Source: a virus. Taken from it: a stretch of DNA of 64,000 nt. Under the pieces are notes generated by a model. That model saw only the letters and a program-made list of their open reading frames with translations, was not told where the DNA came from and did not search any database. The stretch lies in IMG/VR virus record IMGVR_UViG_3300050821_003995, positions 1-64,000 of that record. The stretch is one strand, 5' to 3'. Position 1 is the first letter of the stretch; each line of letters opens with the position of its first letter. Positions 37,579 to 47,918 of the stretch are shown piece by piece. The position numbers and the translations under genes were made by a program.

Positions 37579-38589
37579 ATGAAAGTTGTTGTGGGATGTA
37601 ATGCCAGAGACTACTGGCTTACTGAATATACTGCATGGCATGAAGAACACAAAGTGCCATTCGTTGACATAGCCGATGAGGACTGGCGTGATTACTGTCA
37701 GCATCTTAACGAATGCCAAGAGTGGACCGACTTCATCGTCGGGCTGGAAGCCGAGCAGAAAGCCAAATCATGAAGAACAAAGAACCCACGATGGCCAAAT
37801 ATCTGGACCGGCTAACGCACCGGGAACAGCAGATCATCTGCCATCAAGTGAGAACCCACAACAGCGAGCAAAGGTATGCTCATCTGCATCCTTGGCTGTT
37901 GCCGTTCATCCCACTTCATCTAGTTCTGTTTTGTCTGGGCAATAGCAAAACAGTTCGCCCAATAGCCGTTATCATAGCCAAGCTCCCTGGGGCCGAATAC
38001 TGGGACCTGCCTGATAAGATTGTTCTGCGGGACAAGAAGGTTCACAGAATGTTTGGCCCACACCCTGAAAAGGGAAAAGCCATCACATGGCTTCCCAAAC
38101 GAACAGCAGGCAGGACGGTGGTCAGCCCCATTGTGACACTGGTCCGTAAGCATCGCGGCACCGGCTACGGTTCATGGGAAGTTGGCGTAGCCCCAGAGTA
38201 CAAGATGGCCGTGCTGAATTGGCTTAGCGACACCTGCGGCTGAGCAAGCCCCTAGGCGTGCCATTACCGGCCGCGCTATACCCCTAGCGCCTTACCTTAA
38301 ACCCCTATTCAGCGCCGCTTAAAACGGCAGCAAAGGCCACCCTATGAACCGTCAACCGCGTGCCACGTTGATTGAGCAAGAACCAAGTACCGCCTACATG
38401 GTCAAAACCGGCAAGCGTGAGCATGAGAAGGTCTTGCTCACCGCCGATGGGGTTTCGTGCATGGTCAATGAGGACGGGTCCATTCGCATTGAACTATATA
38501 CCGATGACAAGCGCATTGGTATTCACCTATCACCTGACGACGCCAAGAGTCAGGTGCATGTATTCCGTAGGTGGCAAGAGTTTCGATGA
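37579..38589 (+). CDS. three hypothetical early proteins (37579-37773, 37770-38243, 38344-38589)
   Basis: SDs or coupled starts. Confidence 0.55.
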
Positions 38590-39015
38590 TTAGATGTGTT
38601 TCCAAGTTTTTCTAGCTCTAATCAACCAAATGTTATTATGGACTACCTTGTATCTTTTAGCTAATAGGGAGAGTGGCTCTTTTGATGCCCTGATTTCCAA
38701 AACTTGTTTTTCAGTCAACTTAGAACACGCACATGCAGACCCAATAGCTTCTTCACGCTCAGCCGTATTGGTTCGATTGGTTATACATTTTATGTTTCCC
38801 CTTTCGTAAGGCCCCTTATCGCCTTTGCGGGCCATGCAGTATTTGCCCGCACCACGTCCACGCAATTCAAACCAATTTGAGCCTAGTTGCTCGACCCACC
38901 ACACAATCCAGTCTTGCACTGTAAACTTAAACCCAATGCGCCGGCAACGAGCCATGCGACGTTGGTTCCAATAGGCTGTTCGATGAGCATAAGGGATAGG
39001 ACTACGGTGTGACAC
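38590..39015 (-). CDS. free-standing HNH-like endonuclease, paralog 3
   Basis: RIGFKFTVQDW..WW...YCMARKGDKGPY..GNIKCI; SKLTEKQVLEIR HTH. Confidence 0.75.
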   Translation of the reverse strand: MSHRSPIPYAHRTAYWNQRRMARCRRIGFKFTVQDWIVWWVEQLGSNWFELRGRGAGKYCMARKGDKGPYERGNIKCITNRTNTAEREEAIGSACACSKLTEKQVLEIRASKEPLSLLAKRYKVVHNNIWLIRARKTWKHI

Positions 39016-39103
39016 TGAAAGCTCCTAAAATGTACTAGTAATTTATACATACATCAGTCTAAACTACCACTCAACCACAATCCACGATGAAGGAGTCCTA
39101 ACT

Positions 39104-39973
39104 ATGAAACTACAAGAGCGTGCACTTCTAACTTCCTTACATCTTGGTTCCTGGGGCGGTCAAGCAGTTGATCGCCAAGTAACTGAAGAAGTGGGCGAGT
39201 CCCACGGCGCTGATCCAAAAGATTCAGGGAAGTATAATAAACAGCTAATCTCACGCAAAGCTTTGCGTGAAGTTCTTGGCAAAGTGAATGTGTGCCGCCA
39301 AACCCACAAAATACTCTCATTGCCTTGGGATGACAGTGCGCGTATTCTCAGCGCCCAAGGGTACAATCACTACACGCAACAGATGCGACTTCATCGGTTG
39401 GCGGTTGAGGCGGCAGCCAAGAAGCTAAGTGAAACGTTCCCTGAGCATGTCAAGGAAGCCAAAGTGCGTCTTGGAACCATGTTTAATAGCGGTGACTACC
39501 CGGACGCGGCTGAGATGATCAAGCGTTACTACGTTGACGTTGAGATCAAACCAATCCCCGAAGCAGCCGATTTCAGAACGAAGTTGGCTGATGGCACAAT
39601 CAAAGCCCTTGCGAAAGACATTGAGCGGCGCACCAACGACCGTATCAAGGCCGCTGTGGAAGACGTATTCAAACGTGTGGCCGACGTGACCGGCAAGATG
39701 GCCGAGCGGCTGAGCAACTACGAGCCCAAGGGTGAGGAAGGGGCCAGCAATACGTTCCGTGACTCGCTAGTCTATAATTGTGTGGAGCTTGCTGACCTAC
39801 TTCCTAGCCTCAACATTACCGATGACCCACGTTTGGCCGATCTTGCCAAGCGTCTGAAGACCGACCTTGGGGCACACAGCCCTGAAGTGTTGCGCACCGA
39901 CGCCAAGCTGCGCAAGACTACAGCCCTGGCCGCTGAAAAACTCGCAAAAAGGGTTGGCCAGTACCTCGCCTGA
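39104..39973 (+). CDS. DUF3150-like protein associated with the AAA/VWA module
   Basis: SLPWDDSARIL..DYPD..LNITDDPRL pattern; synteny. Confidence 0.55.
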   Translation: MKLQERALLTSLHLGSWGGQAVDRQVTEEVGESHGADPKDSGKYNKQLISRKALREVLGKVNVCRQTHKILSLPWDDSARILSAQGYNHYTQQMRLHRLAVEAAAKKLSETFPEHVKEAKVRLGTMFNSGDYPDAAEMIKRYYVDVEIKPIPEAADFRTKLADGTIKALAKDIERRTNDRIKAAVEDVFKRVADVTGKMAERLSNYEPKGEEGASNTFRDSLVYNCVELADLLPSLNITDDPRLADLAKRLKTDLGAHSPEVLRTDAKLRKTTALAAEKLAKRVGQYLA

Positions 39974-40006
39974 AATGCTAGACTACTCAAACCAAAGGAG
40001 AGACCC

Positions 40007-40324
40007 GTGAAAGTCAAATGGAAAAAGCTGTGGATCAAGGCGCTGCTCAGTGGCAAATACAAGCAGACACATCAAAACTTGCATGACACCGATGGTTACT
40101 GCTGCCTTGGTGTGCTGTGTCGTGTTGTCAGCCCTAACACCAAATGGGAAGATGATATCCAAAACGACGGAAATTACACCTTCAAAGGTGAAGGCTTGAT
40201 GCCCCCACGTGACCTGTTGAAGGACATAGGATTGTCCTACCAATCGGCCAAGGCACTAGCGCGCATGAACGACAACGGCAAGTCGTTTGAGCAGATTGCC
40301 AAGCGCATCAAAGCCAAATACTGA
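40007..40324 (+). CDS. hypothetical phage protein
   Basis: WIKALLSGKYKQ..YCCLGVLC..MNDNGKSFEQIA. Confidence 0.7.
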   Translation: MKVKWKKLWIKALLSGKYKQTHQNLHDTDGYCCLGVLCRVVSPNTKWEDDIQNDGNYTFKGEGLMPPRDLLKDIGLSYQSAKALARMNDNGKSFEQIAKRIKAKY

Positions 40325-40352
40325 AACCCCACACACTAAGGAGTGAGCCATC

Positions 40353-41372
40353 ATGGCTAAGGACCTAGCTGACAACAGTGAAAGCATTCGTGGGGCAAAA
40401 GAACTTGCTCTGTACTACCGCAGCAAGAACATACCGGCCTACTTCCATGGTGGGCCGGGCTTGGGTAAGTCAGCCGTCGCCAAGCAAATGGCCAAGGAGC
40501 TGAAAATCGGCTTCAAGGACATCCGCCTGGGCAGCAAAATTCCGGAAGACCTCAGCGGTATCCCGGTGCCTGATCTTGAGAAGCGCATGGCGGTGTGGCT
40601 GAAGGCCGAGTTCTGGCCCAACAAAGAGCGTGACGGCGACAAGGGCATCATCATCTTTGACGAACTGAGTGACGCCCCAAAATCGTTGCAGTCATGCGCC
40701 TATCAGGTGATCCTTGATCGCAAGATCAATGATTTTGAATTGGGTGCGGGCTGGTGGCCGATGGCTGCCGGGAACCGGCGTGAGGATCGCGCCGCTGCCG
40801 GTACGTTGTCCACCGCGTTGGCAAACAGGTTTGCCCACATTCACATTCACGCCGACCCCGAAGCCTTCATTGAGTGGGCCAACAACAACGACATTGACCC
40901 GCTGGTGCCGGGCTTCATCCGCTTCAGGCCCAACCTGCTGTACAGCATGGAGGGCGCGGATCTGCTCAGCTTCCCCACGCCGCGTGCATGGGAGCAGGTG
41001 GCCAAGTGCGTGGATGCGGACCCCAGCATCCGCTTCCGCTTGGTGCGCGGGCTGGTGGGTGATGGCGCGGCCGGTGAGTTCGAGGTCTACATGAAGGGCC
41101 TCAACCTGCCGACCATTGAGGAGATCGTTGCCAACCCCAAGAAGTGCCCCATACCACGCGAACCTTCAAGCAAGTATGCGTTGAGCAGCATGCTGGCTCG
41201 CTATGCCAAGCGTGACAACTTCGCCGCCATTGTGGCCTACGTCCAGCGCAGTGAGTTCGGCCGTGACTTTGAAACCGTCACCGCACTGGATGCCACCAAG
41301 CGTGACTCGTCACTGTGCGACACCAAGGCTTGGATCGAGTGGGCCAACAAGAACTCCGACATTCACCTGTGA
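40353..41372 (+). CDS. MoxR-like AAA+ ATPase
   Basis: GGPGLGKS, IIIFDEL, AAGN, ALANRFAH, FPTPRAW. Confidence 0.9.
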   Translation: MAKDLADNSESIRGAKELALYYRSKNIPAYFHGGPGLGKSAVAKQMAKELKIGFKDIRLGSKIPEDLSGIPVPDLEKRMAVWLKAEFWPNKERDGDKGIIIFDELSDAPKSLQSCAYQVILDRKINDFELGAGWWPMAAGNRREDRAAAGTLSTALANRFAHIHIHADPEAFIEWANNNDIDPLVPGFIRFRPNLLYSMEGADLLSFPTPRAWEQVAKCVDADPSIRFRLVRGLVGDGAAGEFEVYMKGLNLPTIEEIVANPKKCPIPREPSSKYALSSMLARYAKRDNFAAIVAYVQRSEFGRDFETVTALDATKRDSSLCDTKAWIEWANKNSDIHL

Positions 41373-41379
41373 GGGCAAG

Positions 41380-41879
41380 ATGCTGAAACTCACCAAAGAG
41401 GAATGGATTGTATTGCAAAACGTGCTGCTCGATCCAACATTCCAAGCACTCATAGGCGCTGAGGAATGGGCATTGACTGAAGATGCCGAAGAAACCTTAT
41501 GGGGTATCATCCACAAAGCTGAAAAGGCACAATTATGAAAACGATCACCAAAACCGATCTTGAAGACCTTGCCCTCATCCTGGAGGACATGGTCAAGCGC
41601 CTTCCCGACATGAAGCGCGAGGAACGGATTGACGTGTGTGCACGCATCCGTGCCGTGATCAAACAGGCCACGCTGATTGAGACCACAGTCAAGGAGGAGA
41701 TCAAGGCCAGCCGCAAGGGCAAGGAAGGCTATGTCAATGGTGAGACATGGCGGGCCAAGCTCTCACTGGTGCCCACCGTGCGCCTGGATCAAAAGGCGCT
41801 GAAGGAGGGCAACCCCAAGGTTTACGATCAGTACACCAAGGACGGTGAGGATCAGAGAATAACATTCGAACCGCGTTAG
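41380..41879 (+). CDS. two hypothetical proteins (41380-41538, 41535-41879)
   Basis: Coupled ORFs; the second has an RLDQKALK..P..Y motif. Confidence 0.55.
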
Positions 41880-41892
41880 AAGGATAGTTACA

Positions 41893-43143
41893 ATGCCCGA
41901 CAAGAAAGCACGCGACAGTATAATAAGAGCGAGAACGCAACTTATCGTGCGTGAACCTTTTTTCGGCACTCTATGCCTGCAACTCAACTTAGTTGAGAGC
42001 CCAGTGGGCACCATGGCCGTGGACGGGATCAACCTTTACTACGACCCCAAATTTGTTCACGAATGCAATGAGGAGGAGTTGGTTGGTGTTATTGCTCATG
42101 AAACCTTGCATTGCTGCTACAGTCACTTTTCGCGTAGGGGCCATCGTGACCCTACCAAATTCAATATAGCCGGAGATTTTAGGATCAACGATGACCTAAA
42201 ACACGTACCATTCACACTCCCCTACAAACCGGCCACGTTGAAAGAGTTAATGTCCATGCCGCCTGGGCAGCACTTTCATCTGTACGACCCGCAGTTTGCC
42301 AGCATGAATACCGAGGAGATCTATGAAAAGATACCCGATCCGCCCAAGCAGCCGAGTGGTGGCGGGGGTGCCGGGAAGGTCATTGACGTGGGCGGGTGCG
42401 GTGCCGTGCTGGATGCGGGCAGCGGCCCCGGTGACCCTGACGGTGACCCGCAGGGCAATGGCGGGCAGGGCAAGCTTAGCCCCGCTCAGGTGGCGCATGA
42501 GTGGCAAGCCAATGTACGCATGGCGGTAAGCGTTGCACGTGCCAACAATGCCGGGCAAACCCCCGGCTACCTGTCGCGCCTTGAAGTGCAACTGAAGAAG
42601 CCCAAGGTGTCATGGCGTGATCTAACCGCCCAATTCATAGATCAATCCATGACGGTGGATTACAGCTACCGGCGCCCGAACCGCCGCTATGCGGGGTTGG
42701 GGATGATCATGCCGGGGGTGATCCCCGACGCCCTGCACAAGCTGGTGGCGTTTGTGGACGATTCAGGCAGCATTAGTCATGAGATGATGAACGCCTTCCT
42801 CAGTGAAGTTGCGGGGGCGCTGGATCAAGGTACCTGTGACAACCTGATTGTGGCCTACGCGGACACCCAGGTGCATCACGTGGATGAGTACGTGCAAGGC
42901 GACGTGATCAAGTGCAATGCACGCGATGGGGGTGTCACCGACTTTGATAACAGCTTCGAATGGCTGGCCAAAGAGCACCCCGACGCCGCCTGTGTGGTTT
43001 ATCTAACCGACATGTGTACCAACAGCTTTGGCAAGGACCCCGGTTGTCCAGTTCTTTGGGGTGCCTTCACAACGGAGGATATGCTGCGTCAGTATGTTCC
43101 GTCGTTTGGTCAAGTACTGCACATTGAAAGCCCACACTACTAA
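41893..43143 (+). CDS. metallopeptidase (HExxH) + VWA domain protein (DUF2201-like)
   Basis: AHETLH; VDDSGSI MIDAS; GGVTDF; YLTD. Confidence 0.9.
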   Translation: MPDKKARDSIIRARTQLIVREPFFGTLCLQLNLVESPVGTMAVDGINLYYDPKFVHECNEEELVGVIAHETLHCCYSHFSRRGHRDPTKFNIAGDFRINDDLKHVPFTLPYKPATLKELMSMPPGQHFHLYDPQFASMNTEEIYEKIPDPPKQPSGGGGAGKVIDVGGCGAVLDAGSGPGDPDGDPQGNGGQGKLSPAQVAHEWQANVRMAVSVARANNAGQTPGYLSRLEVQLKKPKVSWRDLTAQFIDQSMTVDYSYRRPNRRYAGLGMIMPGVIPDALHKLVAFVDDSGSISHEMMNAFLSEVAGALDQGTCDNLIVAYADTQVHHVDEYVQGDVIKCNARDGGVTDFDNSFEWLAKEHPDAACVVYLTDMCTNSFGKDPGCPVLWGAFTTEDMLRQYVPSFGQVLHIESPHY

Positions 43144-43154
43144 GGAGAAAGATT

Positions 43155-43538
43155 ATGGCTACCGTGTATCTTGTTACCCTGCACGTCAACGACAAAGACT
43201 TGCCGGTTGTACTTGGTGCAATATCTGGAAGTGCCAAGCTGGTGAGTGTCACACCCACCGAAGAAGCCAAGGCTGAGAAGCCAAGGAACCAGCACTACGT
43301 AGATAACAGGCGTAACAAGGGCATCAGAGGTGAAGACCTCATCCTAAATACCTTGCAAAAGGAAGCACGGGCTTTTACCGTCAAAGAAATTGAAAGCCGG
43401 TTTGTTGAGAACCGATTCTCAGTCAACAGCGTATCTCCAGCTCTCAACCGGCTGGTTACTGCCGACAAGATCAGGAAGGTGGGCACCGGGTCCTACTGCC
43501 TGAAGGGCACTGTTCTGAAGTTTGGTGCCGGCTCCTAA
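43155..43538 (+). CDS. winged-helix-like protein
   Basis: FTVKEI...SVSPALNRLV..IRKVGTGSY. Confidence 0.55.
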   Translation: MATVYLVTLHVNDKDLPVVLGAISGSAKLVSVTPTEEAKAEKPRNQHYVDNRRNKGIRGEDLILNTLQKEARAFTVKEIESRFVENRFSVNSVSPALNRLVTADKIRKVGTGSYCLKGTVLKFGAGS

Positions 43539-43556
43539 ACTGTAGAAAATACCTCC

Positions 43557-43585
43557 TTGACAGCCCTTTCCACTCCACTTATATC
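43557..43585 (+). promoter_or_regulatory. sigma70-type promoter
   Basis: TTGACA-17nt-TATATC. Confidence 0.65.
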
Positions 43586-43628
43586 AAAACGAGTGGTGCT
43601 GATAGGGGCCAACCCCAGGTGATGTTCC

Positions 43629-44222
43629 ATGATGCACCCCAGTGACGACCTGCCGCTTGACCCATCCCCGGATGAAGGGATACCTGATTTCTTGCGGCGT
43701 AAAGAGGAAGTGAAACCAGAAGTACCTGTAACCCCTAGCAAGAAAGTTGAGGTAACCCCCATGCGTACCGATGATGAAGCGGCCGACGCCACTGAAACTG
43801 AGGCCCCGGCCAAGCCCGCAAAGGCCCCCAAGGCCAGCAAGCCCCGCAAACCGGCTGCAAAGGCTGCTGGTAAGGGCAACGGCAAAGCCCCGGTGAAGGC
43901 CAAGGGTAAGGCCCTGGCCAAGGCAGCGGCCCCTGCAAAGCCCGCAAAGGCCAAGGCCAAAACCGCCAAGGCTGAGCGGGTACGTGACCCGGCTAAGCTG
44001 GACGCCTTTGGCTTCCGCAAGGAAAGCATCAAGTCCAAGGCTGCGGCCATGTACGCCAAGGGCAAAGGTGCGACGCTGGCTGAGGTCAAGGAGGAACTGG
44101 GCTCCGTCCAGTTCAACCTGCTCACGGAGCTTCAGGGCAAAGGCCACAAGGTGGACAAGTCCGAAGTCAAGTCCGCCAGCGGCCGGATGATCACCCGCTA
44201 CAAGCTCCACGGCAAGGACTAA
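43629..44222 (+). CDS. histone H1-like Lys/Ala/Pro-rich protein with C-terminal winged helix
   Basis: PAKPAKA repeats; DAFG..K..AAAMY..GAT..E.K.EL..NLL..KGHKV. Confidence 0.75.
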   Translation: MMHPSDDLPLDPSPDEGIPDFLRRKEEVKPEVPVTPSKKVEVTPMRTDDEAADATETEAPAKPAKAPKASKPRKPAAKAAGKGNGKAPVKAKGKALAKAAAPAKPAKAKAKTAKAERVRDPAKLDAFGFRKESIKSKAAAMYAKGKGATLAEVKEELGSVQFNLLTELQGKGHKVDKSEVKSASGRMITRYKLHGKD

Positions 44223-44248
44223 GCTTTGTGGCGTTGCGTTGCGTAATG

Positions 44249-44280
44249 GGGGTCGGGGCCTAGCTCCCCGGCCCCTTTTC
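44249..44280 (+). terminator. intrinsic terminator
   Basis: GGGGTCGGGG/CCCCGGCCCC + TTTT. Confidence 0.7.
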
Positions 44281-44288
44281 ATATCTCA

Positions 44289-44939
44289 ATGGAGGACTGC
44301 ATGTTACGAAACCGTGGCAACGAACTGCACAAAGTCAATCTGGAGCGTGGTGACCACAACAAAAACCCTTACCCCAAGGGGTTTGAGAAGGTCACCGTGC
44401 CGGCCGGCAAGAGTGGTGAGTGGGAAGTTACGAAACTTGACTTGACCGACAAAGACCTTGGGCTATTCAATCTGCGTCTCATCCGTGACGGCTTTTGGCA
44501 CCGTGTTGTCCCGCCCGGCTCCTACACCCGATTAACCTGTGGGCACACCGTGGTCATGACCGACACACCGGCTGAGGCTCACGAACACAGGAGGCTGATT
44601 GACATGGCTGAGGGTAGGGTCCTACTGAATGGCCTGGGCCTGGGCTTCGCGCTGCACAACATCCTGCGCAAGAAGGAAGTCGAACACGTCACGGTGATTG
44701 AGAAATCACCCGATGTCCTCAAGCTAGTTGCTCGTTACTTTCGAGGGCCACGTGTTGAGATCATTCATGCCGATGCCCTTGAGTGGCGGCCAAAGAAAGG
44801 CCAAGGCTTCAACGTCGTTTGGCATGATATTTGGAACGACATCAGTGAAGACAACAAGGAGCAGATGACCAAGCTGAAGCGTGCCTATGCCCGTCGTTGC
44901 GGCTGGCAAGCCTGCTGGTCGGCTGAGTACATGCCATGA
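44289..44939 (+). CDS. spermidine-synthase-like class I SAM-dependent transferase
   Basis: VLLNGLGLG, VTVIEK, IIHADA, VWHDIW. Confidence 0.75.
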   Translation: MEDCMLRNRGNELHKVNLERGDHNKNPYPKGFEKVTVPAGKSGEWEVTKLDLTDKDLGLFNLRLIRDGFWHRVVPPGSYTRLTCGHTVVMTDTPAEAHEHRRLIDMAEGRVLLNGLGLGFALHNILRKKEVEHVTVIEKSPDVLKLVARYFRGPRVEIIHADALEWRPKKGQGFNVVWHDIWNDISEDNKEQMTKLKRAYARRCGWQACWSAEYMP

Positions 44940-45675
44940 CCGAACGCCCACTCAACTTCGCCACCGCCCAAGAACGGCAAGACTGGATCATCCAAAACGC
45001 CGATCATTTCGTCACCTGCCGACGAATAGGCGGTCATCTACTCAGGCAGGAACACAAAACTCTGGAGCTAGCCCGTGACTTCGCCAAGGGGCTGCTCATC
45101 CAAAACGCCAGCAAACCCGTCCTCATCTACGCGGTGAAGGATACTTCCGACACCTACGTTGAAATGGTGAAGCCATGAAGAAAATTCTGATAATTAGCTT
45201 AGTGCTGGTGACTGGCTTGGACCTGTTCCTAGTCACCCAAGTTCGGATAGCACACACGGCGGTTGCCAGTGCCCTGGTGACAATTAAACGTCAGAATGAG
45301 GCGCTAGCCAACTCAAACGCTGCAATGAAAGATCTAATGGAGGCGGATGACAAACTCAAGCACGCTGACCAAGAGCTACAAACAGCCTGCAAAAATACCC
45401 TAAGCCTGTTGAACACGTGTGTATCTTCACGCACGAAGAAACAGTAAGGAGCGACCATGAAAGCCGACGACAAAGTAATCACGAAACTGCAACTGCAAAG
45501 CCGCAAGCATGAGGGTGAGCCGTGGGGCACCCTCAACACGGTTCTCATCCAGCACATGCCCGGCGACACTGAAGCCAGGGCCATGAAGAAGGCTCATGCG
45601 GAAGTTGACAGCATGCGAAGCCGGTGGATCGAAAACTACGACCGCACGCTTCAGTTCCGCGTGGTTGAGTTGTAA
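44936..45675 (+). CDS. three small proteins (44936-45178; 45175-45447 TM + coiled coil; 45457-45675)
   Basis: Coupled ORFs or SDs. Confidence 0.55.
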
Positions 45676-45957
45676 ATTCCTGTAGCCTCATCTGCCAACC
45701 TGTATTATGTTGCCGGGTTGAAGGAGGGTACACTCCTGCCCCAGCCGCAGAGACAACGGGGGAGCGTGCGCAACCAGAGCTACTTGGCCCTTTTGATCGC
45801 TTTCCGGCCACCATGATCGCTCTGGCCAATAGCAAGCCGCGACAAGGCGCTGTTCTGGTCCTCCTTCAATTAGTAGTGCATTGCCAGTGAAGCGGCGCAA
45901 GTCTCAGCCCGGTGGGGGCCTTAAACCCTCACCGGGCACCAACATAAAGGAAAGCTG

Positions 45958-46452
45958 ATGGTCAAACATACCGATCCTTTCTATATTGCAATTGCCCGCA
46001 CCATTGAAAGGTACGACCGGCAGGTGCTTGCCATTGCACCTGAGAAAAAAGCTTTGGGCTTCTACTATACCATTGGCAACTCGCTGAAAGACTTGCCTGA
46101 ATTACTCTTGATCGGCAACTTTGAGCCAAAAGCCGCCACATCGGTTCTCAACAAACTGTCCGACAAAATGGTGGAAGCCGGCAGGCGCTTCCTCAACGGT
46201 GAACGGGTGCCCATGGGTGGTGAGTATGATCCTCAAGTGTGGGATACCACCGCCATTGCCCAAACCATGTTCACCTTGCAGGTAACTGAGTTCTTTCAGT
46301 CAAAAGAATACACGGTGCAGCAGGTGGTGTTGCCTGACCCAAAGGGCCGGTACCCCACTGACAAGCGCTGCCACAAGCGCTACCGGGTGCCGGTGCTGCG
46401 CCCCACCGTTGACCTGATGGCTGAGGCCATGCAATCAACACAGGTTCACTAG
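45958..46452 (+). CDS. DUF4262-like protein
   Basis: FYYTIGN...LPELLLIG...QVVLPDPKGRYP. Confidence 0.75.
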   Translation: MVKHTDPFYIAIARTIERYDRQVLAIAPEKKALGFYYTIGNSLKDLPELLLIGNFEPKAATSVLNKLSDKMVEAGRRFLNGERVPMGGEYDPQVWDTTAIAQTMFTLQVTEFFQSKEYTVQQVVLPDPKGRYPTDKRCHKRYRVPVLRPTVDLMAEAMQSTQVH

Positions 46453-46554
46453 GCCCCCGCGTGGGGCCAAGCCGCAAGGCCAAACCCCCTGAGCGCAACC
46501 CCTTCCCCCCGCTCTCAGGCGACTTCTTGTGGCTTATTTTCTTTCAGGTGCAAC

Positions 46555-47326
46555 ATGCGACGCAAGTACGCCCTTGACCAGTTGCGCTCCATGCTGGTGG
46601 GGAAACGCTGGTGTGATTTCAAAAAGCCGAAGGCTTACAAATCACATCGGTTCCTTTCGGTGAAAAATGTCTATTTCACCCTGGTGCTAACCAAATTTAT
46701 GCTGCGCCCCGCGCTGAGGATTAAGGCTGATGGGCAATTTGTGGTGCTTCAATTTATACCCAAATCTTTGCTTGAAGAATACAAAACTGATTTTAACCTT
46801 ACGGAAAGATGGAATATGTACACCGGATATGTGTTAACTGATGACACTTGGAACAAGATGGAAGCCAATGAGCCAGTGGAAGCAGCACAAAACGTCGCTT
46901 GAGGAATACCAAGCGCGGCAGCTTGACCGGTGGATCAACAAGGTCAGCCCCAGGAACTACCCACCCACCTTTGAGGAGCTACGTGATATGCTCAAAGGCT
47001 TGCGATGGAACTTTTTCAACAATAACCAGACCGTCAGCATAGGGCGCTTCAAGTTCCGTGGTGGTATTGGTATTCACCTGGGTAGGGCAACAGCAGCGGT
47101 TGCTTCTCATGCACGTTTTCTGGCCCTCAAGCCGGTGCCCCCCCCCGGTGTTGTGCAACAAATAGACGCAGCGAAGGCAGGCGGCTTGGCTATGCTAATT
47201 GTTGGTATCTATGGTAATATAAGGATATTAACCCCCACCAACGTCCACAAAAGTGGGATTGCCCTAACAGCCCTGCGCGGCAGTGAAATGTGGAACGAAC
47301 TGATCATACCAGATAGCGGTATTTGA
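46555..47326 (+). CDS. two EELRxMLxGxxW-motif proteins (46555-46902, 46868-47326)
   Basis: ALDQLRSMLVGKRW; TFEELRDMLKGLRW. Confidence 0.6.
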
Positions 47327-47352
47327 CAGGCCCCAAACCACAGGCTTATAAA
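47323..47352 (+). promoter_or_regulatory. sigma70-type promoter ahead of a structured non-coding region
   Basis: TTGACA-18nt-TATAAA. Confidence 0.6.
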
Positions 47353-47354
47353 AA

Positions 47355-47900
47355 GGTGCCCCGGTCTGGTGCGACCCAGCCGGGGCTGATCCTGATGGTG
47401 ATCCTTGGCGGGAAATCAGGACCGGTAGCAGTGAGACGCCCTATATAGGCAAAACTCACCCTGCCGTCAATAGTTCCGCCAGCCCGGCTTTTAGCCGACT
47501 GAGCCGATCACCCACCCCCAAGATCGCGTGTAAGGATGCGCCGGGCATTCCCTAATAACCCGGAACCAAAGCGGGCTACCGTGACCCATAGGACCCGCGA
47601 CCATACGGTGCCGGGCAATACCCGGAACGGCCGGGGGCCGTGTTCTTGCGTCAATCAAGGTGGCACCTTGACCCGCAAGCGCGGTGAGAGCGCCGAAAAA
47701 AGCTCTCAGGTAACAGCGTGAGGACAACACGCTGTGCCGGGGTTCTTACCCTGGCAAAGGGAACCTAGTATTCGGACCTGGAATTGGTATGTTCTAGGTC
47801 TCTGTCTAGCCAACAGCTCCAGTAAGGGCAAGCCAAACGGGCGCGGCCCATACCGGAGGGAGAAAGGGTAGAACTTTGCCTGTATGCCTGGATTAGACCC
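47355..47900 (+). ncRNA. candidate structured ncRNA or replication origin
   Basis: About 550 nt with no convincing ORF and numerous inverted repeats. Confidence 0.4.
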
Positions 47901-47918
47901 TAGAACTGGACCTAGATC

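Noticed and set aside
43535-44282. Long minus-strand ORFs (also 14080-15207 on the plus strand and similar)
   Set aside because: Antisense shadows of GC-rich, low-complexity real genes.
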